A stretch of DNA of 64,000 nt from Gekko japonicus (GCF_001447785.1 NW_015163605.1:274787-338786); one strand, 5' to 3'. Positions 50,575 to 62,918 are shown, counted from the first letter of the stretch. A program made the numbers and translations. The notes: generated from the letters alone by a model not told the origin.

Positions 50575-51031
50575 ATCTCCATACCGCAGGTTGCAAACAT
50601 GGTTAAAAACACAAATCCATATTAGTCCCCCCCCCCCGAACATGAAGGGAAGTTTGTGAATTGAATGGGATCGGGGAAGGAATGAGTGCTTGTGCCTGCC
50701 TCTCCTAATTTCCTCACTATGGTCAGGAGATTGGGCAGTTATATCTGAATTGATCTGATAAGCAGCGTTCAAAAGTGGTGGCAAAACAAAAAATGGAAGG
50801 GAGATGGTTTTGTTTCAAGTGCTACCTTGCTCTGAATAACAAAGCAGGATGGTGTTACATCCATTCAAAGCTTGAAAATAGGTCAATCAAAAAGGCTCAC
50901 ATCAATATAACTATGGAAAAAGAAACAAAAAGGCATATTCACACGACCCTCTACTTAAAGCAAGTGAGACTGGATCTGCGTTACCCATCCAGATCAGTTT
51001 TGCAAAACCACTACCAAATGTTTCCACACTT

Positions 51032-51318
51032 GGAGCCAGTTTGGTGTAGTGGTTAAGTGCGCAGACTTTAATCTGGGAGAACCAGGTTTGATTCCCTACT
51101 CCTCCACTTGCAGCTGCTGGATGATCTTGGGCAAGCCATAGTTCTGTCAGAGCTGTTCTCTCAACGACAGTTCTCTCAGAGCTCTCTCAACCCTGCCTGC
51201 CTCACAGGGTGTCTGTTGTGGGGAGGGGAAAGGAGTTTGTAAGCTGCTCTGGGACTCCGAGTGAAGGGCGGGGTATAAAACCAATCTCCTCCTCCTCCTC
51301 TTCTTCTTTTTCTTCTTC
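51032..51318 (+). mobile_element. Squam3-like tRNA-SINE
   Basis: Same family as the 14625 and 61684 copies; (cct/tct)n tail. Confidence 0.9.
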
Positions 51319-51341
51319 AGATCCCCATCAAAACTCTGCTG

Positions 51342-51842
51342 GGCCCCGGTCACACGGAGCACGAAAGGCACGAATGTTGGGCGGATTATCAAGGCGCGAT
51401 CACACCGCAACACCTGGGAAGCGTAGCGCACCCATGGCCAACCTGTGGCATCCCGCCGAAGATGCAGAGTTAAAAAGTATCAAGGAAAGTGCACTAGTAT
51501 CTGGAAAACGCGTGGCACAGGCGGGCGTCTGATCGTGGGAGCATCTGACGCCCGTCCATGTCCTGTCACAAACCAGATGATTTTCGTAAGGGCATGCTCG
51601 CAAACGCGAAACTGAAAGCAGTGCTGCTCCACGGAACTGCACATGCACACAAATGCGAAACACTTGTGTGATTGCGCTGCACCGCTTCTTTGCCACGCTG
51701 CAGCATCGCCATGTGATTGCCAGCTAACAGCCTAAGCATGGAGACTCGGGGGACCATGTGATCGGGCTACCGTGCTTTATTTTGCTCTGGGGTGAACAGC
51801 CACGCCTCCCCCCTCCCCATGTTATCTGGCCCGTGTGCGGCC
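51342..51842. mobile_element. Harbinger-like MITE, diverged subfamily
   Basis: ggccccggtcacacgg ... ccgtgtgcggcc; TSD ctg. Confidence 0.78.
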
Positions 51843-52221
51843 CTGATTTATTATTTCCTAATGCAGGCTTCACAAGAAGAAAAAAACAGAGCATATTTGC
51901 ATTAATAAAATATTATCTTCCGAGATTTACAGAAGACTCACCAGCATGATTCTAAATTAAGACACTGCCTATTCAGTACATGAGAGTAATTAGTAAGCAT
52001 TCCTCCAAGGCAGGTTTAAATAGAAGGAAAATGCATTGCATTGCAGATCGATCCCATTTAACTGAATGTCATAAAAGGGACCTGCCTTGTCGCCATTTTT
52101 AACTGGCCACTAAATCATAGACTAGGTTTTGCAGTAACAACACCATAGTGACTGTTGCGGTTATTGAATCAAATCTAATGAGAACAAAATTGAAAAACTG
52201 GAAACATACATACATTAAAGG

Positions 52222-52316
52222 CAGCTAGATTCAAGTCCAGTAGAACTTTAGAGACCAATAAGATTTGGGGGGGGGGGATGGGCTTTCGAGAGTCAAAGCT
52301 GCCTTCATCAGATACG
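52222..52316 (-). mobile_element. Penelope-like terminal remnant with mutated hammerhead motif
   Basis: Minus strand GUAU-CUGAUGA-AGGCAGCUUUGACUCUC-GAAA-GCCC-AUCC. Confidence 0.6.
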
Positions 52317-52329
52317 TCAGGCAAAGAGC

Positions 52330-52580
52330 ATAAGAACGTAAGAACATAAGAGAAGCCAACGGTGGATCAGGCCAATGGCCCATCCAGTCCAACACTCCGT
52401 CACACAGTGGCCAAAAATACCAGATGCCATCAGGAGGTACACCAGTGGGGCCAGGACACTAGAAGCCCTCCCACAAGCACCAACAATACAGAGCATAACT
52501 GGCCCCAGACTGAGAGTTCCTATCTACGGTCCTTGTGGCTAATAGTCACTGATGGACCTCTGCTCCATATGCTTATCTAA
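52330..52580 (-). mobile_element. CR1 3' end
   Basis: (cataagaa)n tail followed by the reverse complement of the CR1 3'UTR. Confidence 0.85.
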
Positions 52581-53239
52581 TTCCCTCCAAAAGCCCTATC
52601 ATTAACAGTCTTGCTCAGGTCATGTAAAGGGAAGGCCATGGATTCCGTGATGGAGTCAATCCCTCTCATGCTGGGTCTTCCTCTTTTCCTACTACCTTCA
52701 AATTATTGCCTTTTCCAGGGAATCTGTCTCCTCATGATGTGACCAAAACACAATAGTCTTAATGTAGTCATTTTAGCTTCTAGGGACTTAGTTGTCTTTT
52801 TGGTAGTCCATGGTATCCATAAAACTCTCCTCCAACACCTGTCCTGTTAATAATGGGGAAACCAGGGGAACTGCGATCCCCTGCGATCTCCCCGAAATGA
52901 CCTCTGCTTGTGGCTAATAGTCACTGATGGACCTCTGCTCCATATGCTTATCTAATTCCCTCCAAAAGCCCTATCATTAACAGTCTTGCTCAGGTCATGT
53001 AAAGGGAAGGCCATGGATTCCGTGATGGAGTCAATCCCTCTCATGCTGGGTCTTCCTCTTTTCCTACTACCTTCAAATTATTGCCTTTTCCAGGGAATCT
53101 GTCTCCTCATGATGTGACCAAAACACAATAGTCTTAATGTAGTCATTTTAGCTTCTAGGGACTTAGTTGTCTTTTTGGTAGTCCATGGTATCCATAAAAC
53201 TCTCCTCCAACACCTGTCCTGTTAATAATGGGGAAACCA
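52532..53239 (+). repeat. 333-bp direct duplication with a 42-bp spacer
   Basis: 52532-52864 and 52907-53239 appear identical by eye. Confidence 0.95.
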
Positions 53240-53340
53240 TAGTCTTCCTTAAACTTAAGGATCTTTTCCAGCTCCTTCATGGTTGCTCTTCCAAGTCTCA
53301 AACTCCTTCTGATTTTTTGCATGCAATCTCCCTCGGTGGC
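52600..53340 (-). mobile_element. RTE-clade LINE 3' fragment, partly duplicated
   Basis: Minus-strand SRKRGRPSMRGIDSITESM is an RTE ORF C-terminal motif. Confidence 0.65.
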
Positions 53341-55168
53341 AGTCTCCTTCTTGGCTGATTAAATAAAGTGTTAGTATTCCTCTCCCATATCCTAAGGCTT
53401 GGATTCTAAATCTTGCTTCCAGTTGTGCTCCATTGTGGGACAGTCTTCTGCACAGCGTTTTCCTCTGGTTCTAGGCTTTTTTTGACTCATTAAAATACAA
53501 AGAACATGTGTTACAAAAGAATCCACTCTACAGCAGAAGAATGCTGCCACATGGGCTTGATTCAGGATGGGCGGCCCTTCAGAGAAGTGGCCCCCATGCT
53601 GTGAAGGGCTTTACACAGAAGCACCAGCACCCTGGACTTGGGAGAGCTGCAAGACTTCTGGGAACTCAAAAGCTTGCTTGCTGCTCATTTGGGCTTGCTG
53701 CTCATTTGGGGTATCCAAAAGGCAAAGAAAATTTCTCTACAGACCAGAGATAAATTCAAGATTCTATATGATTATTCATTCTTACTATAGCCAATGGGTG
53801 CACCAAACCCAAGGCAAATGGCGCTGGATCCATGTGGCTCATTCTGCTTTTCTTTCCCCACAATTAATGCAGTTCTGCTCTGTGCAGAGAGCACGCCGGT
53901 TCCTTGGGTTTCAATCAAGAGGCAAAAAAGTGCCCGACTCACTGAAACCATGCCAGATAACTGGCAGCTGGGCTAACAGACACGTACGCCAAGAGAAGAC
54001 AGCAGGCTTTAAGAGCACATCTCCAAGGAAACTAATGTATGAACAATGACCACACCATAAATTGCTTAGTACTCTTCTGCTTCAGTTAATTTAAGGGCAG
54101 AAATGACATCATGTTGTTGTTCCAGTTCAAAATTCAGAAAGATTCTAATTCCATCTCCTAGAGGAACCCAATAAGAACTGGGCAGAGATCACACTCAGGG
54201 GAGGAGAGGGGGGGAAATACATCCAGGGTGATGGGGGAGAAAGGGCCACTTGTACTAATTATTCATTTCTACTATAAAGTTGAAAAAGCAGAAATACAGC
54301 ACATACAGCACTGTCCTACACTGCTTTCTAAGCACATTGACTTCAATGGACTTAGAAGTGTGTTGCTCTGCTTAAGACAGTACTGAAAAGACATTTGCGA
54401 GATACCAGAACACTTCACGGGCCCCAGGATCTTTACATGCTGTTGAAGTCAGTAAAAACTACTCCTCACTAAATACATTCACTTTACAAATCAGATGATG
54501 AACTGTCTAAGTGCTTATGCTGAAAACATAACTTGGAATCGGGGAAGTCACGCTGTGTCCTTTCTGCCTCCTCCATTATCTCTGTAGTAGCGATTCTGCA
54601 ATCAGAACGTAGCAGGAAGTTTAGGGGGATGATGCAGGCGGCATGAGAATATCCCTCTTCAAGCTCCAACAGTTGCAAGCACTTATTGGCAATGATGAAG
54701 TCAACAGATACGACTTGAAAACACACAGAGAGCCAAACTATCGAATCAGGCGGCCTGCTTTGCATTAGAATCTCTTTTCCCGCAGCCATATTTTAAGATG
54801 TTTGGGCATCACTTTCGCAGCAGAACATCCTGCGTCTTGCCGACAATGAACGCATTACCAGGGCAGATATTTTTCACAAGGGGAGCCATATCTGGATTAT
54901 TATTTTTTAGCAAAAGCAACTGAACACATAAAGATGCCTTATACTGAGTCAGACCATTGGTCTATTGCAGGCTGTACTGTCTACTAGGAATGGCAGCAGG
55001 GAATCTGCTGCAGTCTTTCACATCACCTACTGCCTGACAGAAAGTGGGACCTTCTGTACACAAAGCGAATGCTCTGCTGCTGAGCTCTCGTCCCTTCCCA
55101 GTTCCTGTCTTCACGCATAAGTGTTCTTCCAGCGGAGCCAGAGAGTAAAAACATGCACTCCCATCATG

Positions 55169-55374
55169 CAGTGTTCCCTCTAAGCTGAGTTAGTGTGAGC
55201 TAGCTCACAGTTTTTTAGCCTCTGGCTCACCCATTTTTGTCTTAGCTCAGGAAGGATGGCTCCAGAGCAAACCCATTTATGCAGCAGCCAAATCACTCGC
55301 TCACCACTTTAATGCCAGTAGCTCACAAAGTAGAATTTTTGCTCACAAGACTCCACAGCTTAGAGGGAGCATTT
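55169..55374. mobile_element. hAT MITE (CAGTGTTCCCTCTAAG termini), copy 1
   Basis: TIR cagtgttccctctaagctg / cagcttagagggagcatt. Confidence 0.85.
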
Positions 55375-55587
55375 CTCCCATGCCTTAGTAAAGAATGGGC
55401 GATTCTGCATCCAGCATCCGCTCTAAATTTTCTCAACGCTGAGAAAAAGGTGCAGCTCAAAGCCGCATTCAAATAATAACTCGGGACAATGACAGCAAAG
55501 TCACCCCTGAATGGCCATAAATCTATGCAGAAGGTACCATAAAGCTCGATGCTCAAAGAAAGCAAAAGCGGCATGCAGTGCAGAGGG

Positions 55588-55792
55588 CAGTGTTCCCTCT
55601 AAGCTGAGTTAGTGTGAGCTAGCTCACAGTTCTTTAGCCTCCTGCTCACACATTTTGTCTTAGCTCAGGAAGGATGGCTCCAGAGCAGACTAATCTATGC
55701 AGTAACCAAACTGTTCGCTCACAACTTTAATGCCAGTAGCTCACAAAGTAGAATTTTTGCTCACAAGACTCCACAGCTTAGAGGGAACATTG
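55588..55792. mobile_element. hAT MITE (CAGTGTTCCCTCTAAG termini), copy 2
   Basis: TIRs intact; TSD gcagaggg/gtagaggg. Confidence 0.9.
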
Positions 55793-57368
55793 GTAGAGGG
55801 TACCATAAAATCTGATGATCAAAGACAGTGAAAGCAGCATGCAATGCAGAAGGGAATTTCTGTTCCAGCGTGGGTTTTGTAAAACAACGAGGGAATAGCC
55901 AATGCAGAAATTTCCCAATATTAACAGTTGTTACTTAGGTTCAGAAGGTCTGTACAATCTTGATCCCCAGCTGTTGCTAGGAACAAGGATCCAACGCTTC
56001 TCTCATCAGGTCTCAGAAGCTAAGCATGGCTGGCCCTGGTTAGTGCTTGGATGGGAGACCACCAAGGAAGTCGAGGGTTGGTACCCAGAGGCAGGCAATG
56101 AAAACCCAATGGAGGTTGCCATAAATTAGCTGTAACTTCATAGCTCTTTCCACCACCAAGTCCATAAGCCCGCAGCTTGCGTGTGCCTAGAGTCCGTACA
56201 GAAGAGCCAATCATTGTATGGGCCAGGATAGTCCCTGTTTCCCCTTTCATGTATTTATTATCCCCATATTAAGTGGTCTGCACAGGGCCCTAATCTGCTC
56301 TCCTTCCTATCATCCCGCAGACTAAGATGAAATCCACGACCTATAAGGTAGTGCAAAGAGAGACAATGCAAATTTACCATTCTCTTAAAAGGGTGACAAT
56401 TTGGGACTCTTTGACAGTGCTGTGCTGGAGTTACACCCTGAGCAGTTACACACTTCTAAAGCCATTGAAGGCAACAGGCTTATAAGGGTGTAAGTATGTT
56501 TAGGACTGCACTGTGACTCAATGAAATCCTCAGTGCAGTTTAGTTTATCAGATCTCAGATCCTTTTAAGTTTCACAAGAAATTCATCCCATCTTCTACAC
56601 GTAACAGTTTGTGATACAGAATTCTTAGAACTAGAATAATTTTATATTGGAAAAAAACCCTCTGAAATTCGTCATTTCATTGTGAAGGAATTGAATGATA
56701 ACATCTCATTCTCTTTGAAACAGATGACAAGTTCTGAATTTAGCAGGACCGGAGTTGTCCTTACGCAATACTTCTCACAACAAGCTCTGCCAAAGAACCC
56801 TGGATGCCTTTTTAATATTCAATCAGTCTTTTTGATTGCTAATCCCACAAAGAGGAGCCAGTTTCCGTTATGATTAAATCCAAGAGAAAGCCCTTTTCTT
56901 CGGTTAATTTCCTATCAAAGAAGGCCTTTAATCCTTGTATATTTAATGGAACCATTAATTTGAAGAGGTCATCAGCAGCTCATCTAGTATCAGCATGGTA
57001 GCTATCTACACAAATCACAGATTCTGAAACTGGTAAATATTTGGCCAGATGATCAAAGGGTCTGTGAAGGGCTTGGGAAGTGGGGACCAATTACAGTTTT
57101 TCCTTCCATCATATTTTAAATTAATACACCAGAGAATATAGTTCTGAGTGCATATTCATAGAATCATATAATGTTAGAGTTGGAAGAGACCTTGCATCTA
57201 GTACAGCCCCCTGCACTCTGCAGGAGCATAGCCGAAAGATATTTTTTCTTTTGCAACTTTTTTTAAAAGCAAGGAAGCCCTTCTGCAGCTTATCAATTCC
57301 CTAGACTTGGGACAGTAACAAGGTTGGTCTCAGGGAGATGACCTGTGTGTTACTATCAGCCTCTACAG

Positions 57369-57797
57369 CAGGGGTGTCGAACTCATTTGTTATGAGGGCC
57401 AGATCTAACATAAATGAGACCTTGTTGGGCCGGGCCATGTGTGTCATAAAATGTAATGCCAGGTAGCAGAGATATAAACTTTATAAAGGACACAAACACA
57501 AAGGGTTTCTTTTACTTAAAATAAAAACATGCTTAAAACATTAGCACTCTTGCAATATTTTATTTAACAATGTCTGATAACTGACACCTCTTGCTCTGAA
57601 TTATTGCATCAAAATGCCTGTGCTGTTGCAATCTTGAGTATGCTGTTCAGGTGTGTATCCGTAAGCTGCAAACCTGCAATGACACAGCAGCAGCAGAACT
57701 GGAAGAAGAAGCAGAAGACAGTCAGCTCCACTGCGGGCCTGATAGAAGCCCTCCGGGGGCCTGATCCGGTCCCCGGGCCACATGTTTGACACCCCTG
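57369..57797. mobile_element. hAT MITE (CAGGGGTGTC termini)
   Basis: TSD ctctacag/ccctacag; TIRs caggggtgtcgaac / gtttgacacccctg. Confidence 0.9.
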
Positions 57798-59314
57798 CCC
57801 TACAGGATCCAGCATCCTTACTCCAAGGGTCAAGGGGATCCAATAGCCTCTTTTCCCTTTCTAGGCTGGCTTCTTTTTCTCCTCCTTCTTGTCTCTTCAA
57901 TTTATTCTTCCTACTCAATTCCTCTGCCACCTCCACCCTCCTGATGCCTTCATGTTCTCTAGTAGTCCATTCCCGCTGCTTCCCCTGGCTACTCAGTTGG
58001 AAGCATGGATGATGCATGTTGTCACCTAATTATGACATCATACAGTCATGTTGACAGCCCTTTCCAAAGCCAGTTAGCCCCTACCTATGGCCTCCTCTTT
58101 GGCTGTGCTATTTTCCTTGGCTCCACCAGGTGCACCCAAGTCTTTAAGATAAACCTCCCCCTTCTCCCCCGGGTCTCATTGCTGCCAGGCCATCAGAAAC
58201 CTGCAGTCCTCTGCAGACCTGCCTCAACAGCAGCATCTTCCTACGGGATTAAGTTGCCAAGGCCAACCCATGATTCACAACATATGCACATTCCATTTAT
58301 TTCAATGGGACATTCAGGTTCACAATTCTGTATGCTGTCCACATAAGGCAACTTCTCATATGCATATTCCTCACCCAGCGGTGGGTATCCGACCACTTCA
58401 CTTAGCAAAGGTGGAAAAAATTTTCCCCAGCTTTAAGAAGCCTTTTGCCAACTCTTAGCAGGGGAGCCACTTAAGTTGGAGGAAGGCACTTTAGGGTGGG
58501 AGGAATAGCCAGAGACATGCCAGTGGTTACAACGTCAAGTAGTGGCTTGCATTGTGTGGGTCATCTCACCACCCTCTAGAAAGCAATGGTCATTATGACT
58601 GACATTTAAACTATTGGCATCATCATAATCATCTCCATATTCTACAAATGGCTATGAGCTAGTGCTGCACACGCCGAAGGATTATTTATTACCCTTGAGA
58701 AACTGGACCAAAAGTTCTGATCTCAGCTCTAATATATTCTGCGAGGCAAATGTCTCAGCTTGCCAGTTAATTTTCAAAAGCAGGAGCTCCCACTGCTGCT
58801 GAGCAGCTTGAAACTGTATGTGTCCCGGCTGGCTTCCTTCCCCCCCCCCTTCTCTCTTAAATGCTTTGTTCTGTGTACAGAGAGGTAGAAGACGGTTCCT
58901 ACCTCCTTCTCGCCTCAGAAGTAGCTTTCGATGTGAAACACTGAATGATATAATGGATATCATGGAATAACCCAGCCAAGAAAAGGAAAAGATGATCATC
59001 GCTTTGGCAATAGGCAAAGACGAGGAAAGGAAATATCAAATGAGATGCATGTATGAGCTGTACATCTTTTTCTTTTTTTCTTGCCCACAAAAGAAGGAAG
59101 AGTGGAAACCATGCAGACCTAATTTTCTTGAAATTTTACAATATTGTGAAGCTGGTTAGTACGGAAAACTCGACATGAACAGATGTGAACAGAATGGTCT
59201 CCAGCAGAGGACATGGGTACAGATGATAAAAGGAGACACTGGCGGGATTTTAGAAATGGGTGAAATGAAAAAGAAGTAAAAAGCAGTAATAGTGTTTCAA
59301 ATGCAGACACACCT

Positions 59315-59403
59315 TCTTGTCAGGGATGCTTCAGGCTGAACCTGTGCTGAGCAGGGGGTTGGACTAGATGGCCTGTTTGGCCCCTTCCAACTCTATGATT
59401 CTA
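59315..59403 (+). mobile_element. CR1 3' terminal fragment (different subfamily)
   Basis: gcagggggttggactagatggcc...ccttccaactctatgattcta. Confidence 0.75.
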
Positions 59404-60258
59404 AAATTCTGCTCTGAAACTGCAAAGAGGTTGTCTACTGGCACCCACTTAGTCCCTCTAGAGGTAACAGTCAAATTAATCTTGCTCCAGCAGCAAATAT
59501 TCAATTACAGCACAACTCAGAGTGACAAAAGGGTAACAACTCAGACTGGCAGGAAATCCTCACGTTTACAGGAACCCTATTTACTTGGATACCCCTTCCC
59601 ACACTACTTCTGATTTAACTGAAAAAATGCAAGAGGTTCACAGCTGTGACAAAATAAGTCCTTGTTTCATGCACTTGCCTTATTCTGAGAGCTGGAACTG
59701 TTCTACAAACAAACACAAATATCAGTCTTTGATTGGTGTATTCAAGCATCATTTTTGCACGGCTAGCTACCACCATTAATAAAGGCAATCTCCAAGAGAT
59801 GAAGATGTAATACATCTGAGGGATTTATCTCTCCGTGTTTGGAAACAGTCCACCATTTAACTTCATCCCATAGTTGATTACTGCATTAATCTAACTATAA
59901 GGAGGATCTGGCAGCCATCGGTTATCTTAATGCTTCGCATTATCCTGGAGAAGCAATGGCAACACTACCATAGTAATCCTACTATATGCATAAAGGCAAC
60001 CATAGAAGCTGTGGTGGAGTGAAGGAGGACATCCCCTGAGAGTTTCTGCAGCAGATATTATGACACCGTTTTAATTTCATACTTCAGTGGCTCCAAACAA
60101 AGTCCAGTTCCCAGAGGCATGAACCTGTGAGCTTCCCCCTGACCCTTAGCTTCATGGTCTAACAATAGATTTTGGACATTCATCTCTAAGACACTCATCA
60201 CTAAGAGAGCTTGGGCTATCTTCTGTTTAAGACCCACAATATCAAGTTTCAGCTAAAC

Positions 60259-61472
60259 CAGGGGTGTTAAACTCATTTGTTACAAGGACCAGATCTGATA
60301 TAAATAGGAGTTTGTCTGGCCAGGCCATGTATGTCATAAAATGTAATGCCAGGTAGCGAAGATATTAACTTTATAAAGCAAACGAAAGCGAAGATATTAA
60401 CTTTATAAAGCAAACCAACAAACACAATTAAAGGGATTTTGAAACTTAAAATGCAAACATACTTATAACAGTAACACTCTTGCCATATTTTATTTAACAA
60501 TCTTTGATAACAGACACTTCCCAAACCTTTCCCCCCCACACACACCCTTAAAAGATGTCTACCTAAAATGGAAAGGTGGAAGGATTTGGCAATGCAATTT
60601 CTTTTTAAAAAATCAAGAAAAAGCACAAGGATTACAGCAGAATTTTTTAAAAAACCTAAAAATATAAAATGCTCTGAGCCAGGCCTGCAGCTACAGTGGG
60701 GCATTTTGGGGGCTGGCTCCCCTACTTCCTGCTAAGGCCCCCTGACTTCCATCCAGTCTCTGGACTCCCCACTGCTACCCCTTCCCCAAGCGTGGCTTGC
60801 TTCCCCACATAGGCAGGCAGAGTTGCAAATGCTGCAAAAGTGATTTTTAAATTTTTTATTTAAATTTTATTTTTTTATCTTGTGAATCAGTGCCTCATGA
60901 CTTATTTAAAGGCCCCCCAAATTACAAAATCCTGGCTACAGGCCTGCTCTGAGCCAAGGAAAAAATGAAATGGCTGGGCCCAAACACTGGAAACTAAAAC
61001 TCCACTCCATTGAAATACACTGCAGCTCCAAAAAAGGTGCGAAGAAAATGCAGAATGGATTTTCCATTAAGGTTTCTGGGCCCATATAGACTACTCTGGG
61101 ACTGGAATGACAGTCCCCAGAGTAGAATTCCATTCCCAGAACTCAGCTGCTACTCCCAGGGACCATCATTCCACTCTGGGGGCTGCCATTCCAGTCTCAG
61201 AGTAGTCTATCTGGGCCCAGACACCTTAAAGGAAAATCCATTCTGCATTTTCTTTGCACCTTTCTTTGTGCTTCAGCCCAGAGGAGCTTCCTGCTGGAGG
61301 AGAAACTGCAAAGACAAGGCCCAGTCAGCTTGGAAGTTCAGCAGCCCCAATCTCCCTAGGAAGAGTGAGGACAGGCAAGGGAGGGGATAGGGGTGAAGAA
61401 GAGAGCCATCGGCCTGATTAAAGCTCTGAGTGGGCCACTTCCGGCCCACAGGCCTTAGGTTTGACACCCCTG
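60259..61472. mobile_element. 1.2-kb non-autonomous hAT element, longer relative of 57369
   Basis: Perfect TSD agctaaac; same TIRs and 5' arm as the 57369 element. Confidence 0.9.
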
Positions 61473-61683
61473 AGCTAAACTGTCAAAGAGGAGGGGATAA
61501 AATAGGCACTATGGGATCCAAGCAGTCTGTCATCACTGCCAGATTCCACTAGCACTTCATGATTCCACTAGCAAATTATGATTCATTCACCAAACCTGAA
61601 GATTTATGCTTCCTACACAACTTCCCCAACCCCTGGGCCTTCACACATTTTTGTAGTATTTCAGCTGAACTCATGTGCTTCTT

Positions 61684-61976
61684 GAGAGCCAGTTTGGTGT
61701 GGTGGTTAAGTGCACGGACTCTAATCTGGAAGAACCGGGTTTGATTCCCCACCCCTCCACTTGCACCTGGCTGGATGGCCTTGGGCAAGCTGTAGCTTTG
61801 ATTAGAGTTGTTCTTGAAAAAGAGCAGTTTCTGTCAGAGCTCTCTCAGCCCCACCTACCTCACAGGGTGTTTGTTGTGGGGAGGGAAAGGGAAAGGAGTT
61901 TGTAAGCCGCTCTGAGACACCTTTGGGTAGTGAAGGGCGGGGTATAAATCAAATCTATTCTCCTCTCTTCTTCTTC
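61684..61976 (+). mobile_element. Squam3-like tRNA-SINE
   Basis: gagagccagtttggtgtggtggttaag...gggcggggtataaatc...ttcttc. Confidence 0.9.
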
Positions 61977-62581
61977 ATGAAGGAAATAAATGAAGCAAAT
62001 GAGATACTTCCGGACTGAGGAAGATACAAAGGGTTTTACTGAGAGGGCATGGATTTGCCCTCCTCTCCACTAGTTTGGTGGAGTTATAGTCGATTTAAAC
62101 ATTCAAGGGAATAAGAATGAACCTCACCACTTCAATGTGCAGGTGGAGGATCACATTTAGAACACTTCTCTATGTTCAAAACTCCTTGAAAACTAATAAA
62201 CAGTACAGCAAGCAAAGAGAGGATATAGAACTATTCTCCTCCCTGTGCTAGTTTTCTCTTCACAAGAAGCTTTTTATCTCAAGAAACATTCCAAGCTGGA
62301 ACCCACCACTTGCAGTTTGAAGTGGTTCAGTCCATTCTTCTTCCTCAGTTAAAAAAAAAAAGCCTTATTCCCCTACTGAAAATGGTTCTAAATTGGTTCT
62401 GACAACATTTTTGGAAGGCAAGAGATATAATATTTATTTATTTAAAATACTTCTTCCTTACTTTTTTGTCACATAACATCTAAACCAATATATTAAAATA
62501 CTAAACAGCAAAACTATCACAATAGAATCAATCACAATAAAAAGCAGCAGTGTCCGAATATATGTTTAATATAAATTTAGT

Positions 62582-62918
62582 AAAGGTAAATGTTCCCTTG
62601 CTCAAAAGCCAGCCAAGTCCAACTCTATGGTTGTGGTGCTCATCTCCATTTCAAAGCCAAAGAGCCAGCGCTGTCCGAAGACGTTTCCGTGGTCATGGGG
62701 CCGGCATAACTAAACACCAAGGCGCACGGAACACTGTTACCTTCCCACCGAAGTGGTACCTATTTATCTACTTGCAATTTCTTGCTTTCGAACTGCTAGG
62801 TTGGCAGGAGCTGGAACTAGAGACAGGAGCTCACTTCGTCATGCGGCAACTCGGGTCTCAAACTGCTGAACTACTGACCTTCCACAGCCTGCAGTTCAGC
62901 ATCTTAGCCACTGCAGTC
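62582..62918 (-). mobile_element. Sauria SINE
   Basis: aaaggtaaa tail, ccgtggtcatg.ggccggcat, ttaccttcccaccgaagtggtacctatttatctac, gctttcgaactgctagg. Confidence 0.9.

Noticed and set aside
51032-51105. tRNA gene
   Set aside because: tRNA-like A/B boxes belong to a SINE head continuous with the SINE body.
54484-54789. 101-aa minus-strand ORF in TE-poor sequence as an extra exon
   Set aside because: No similarity to Epac2 or any family I recognise, and only a weak, out-of-phase donor.
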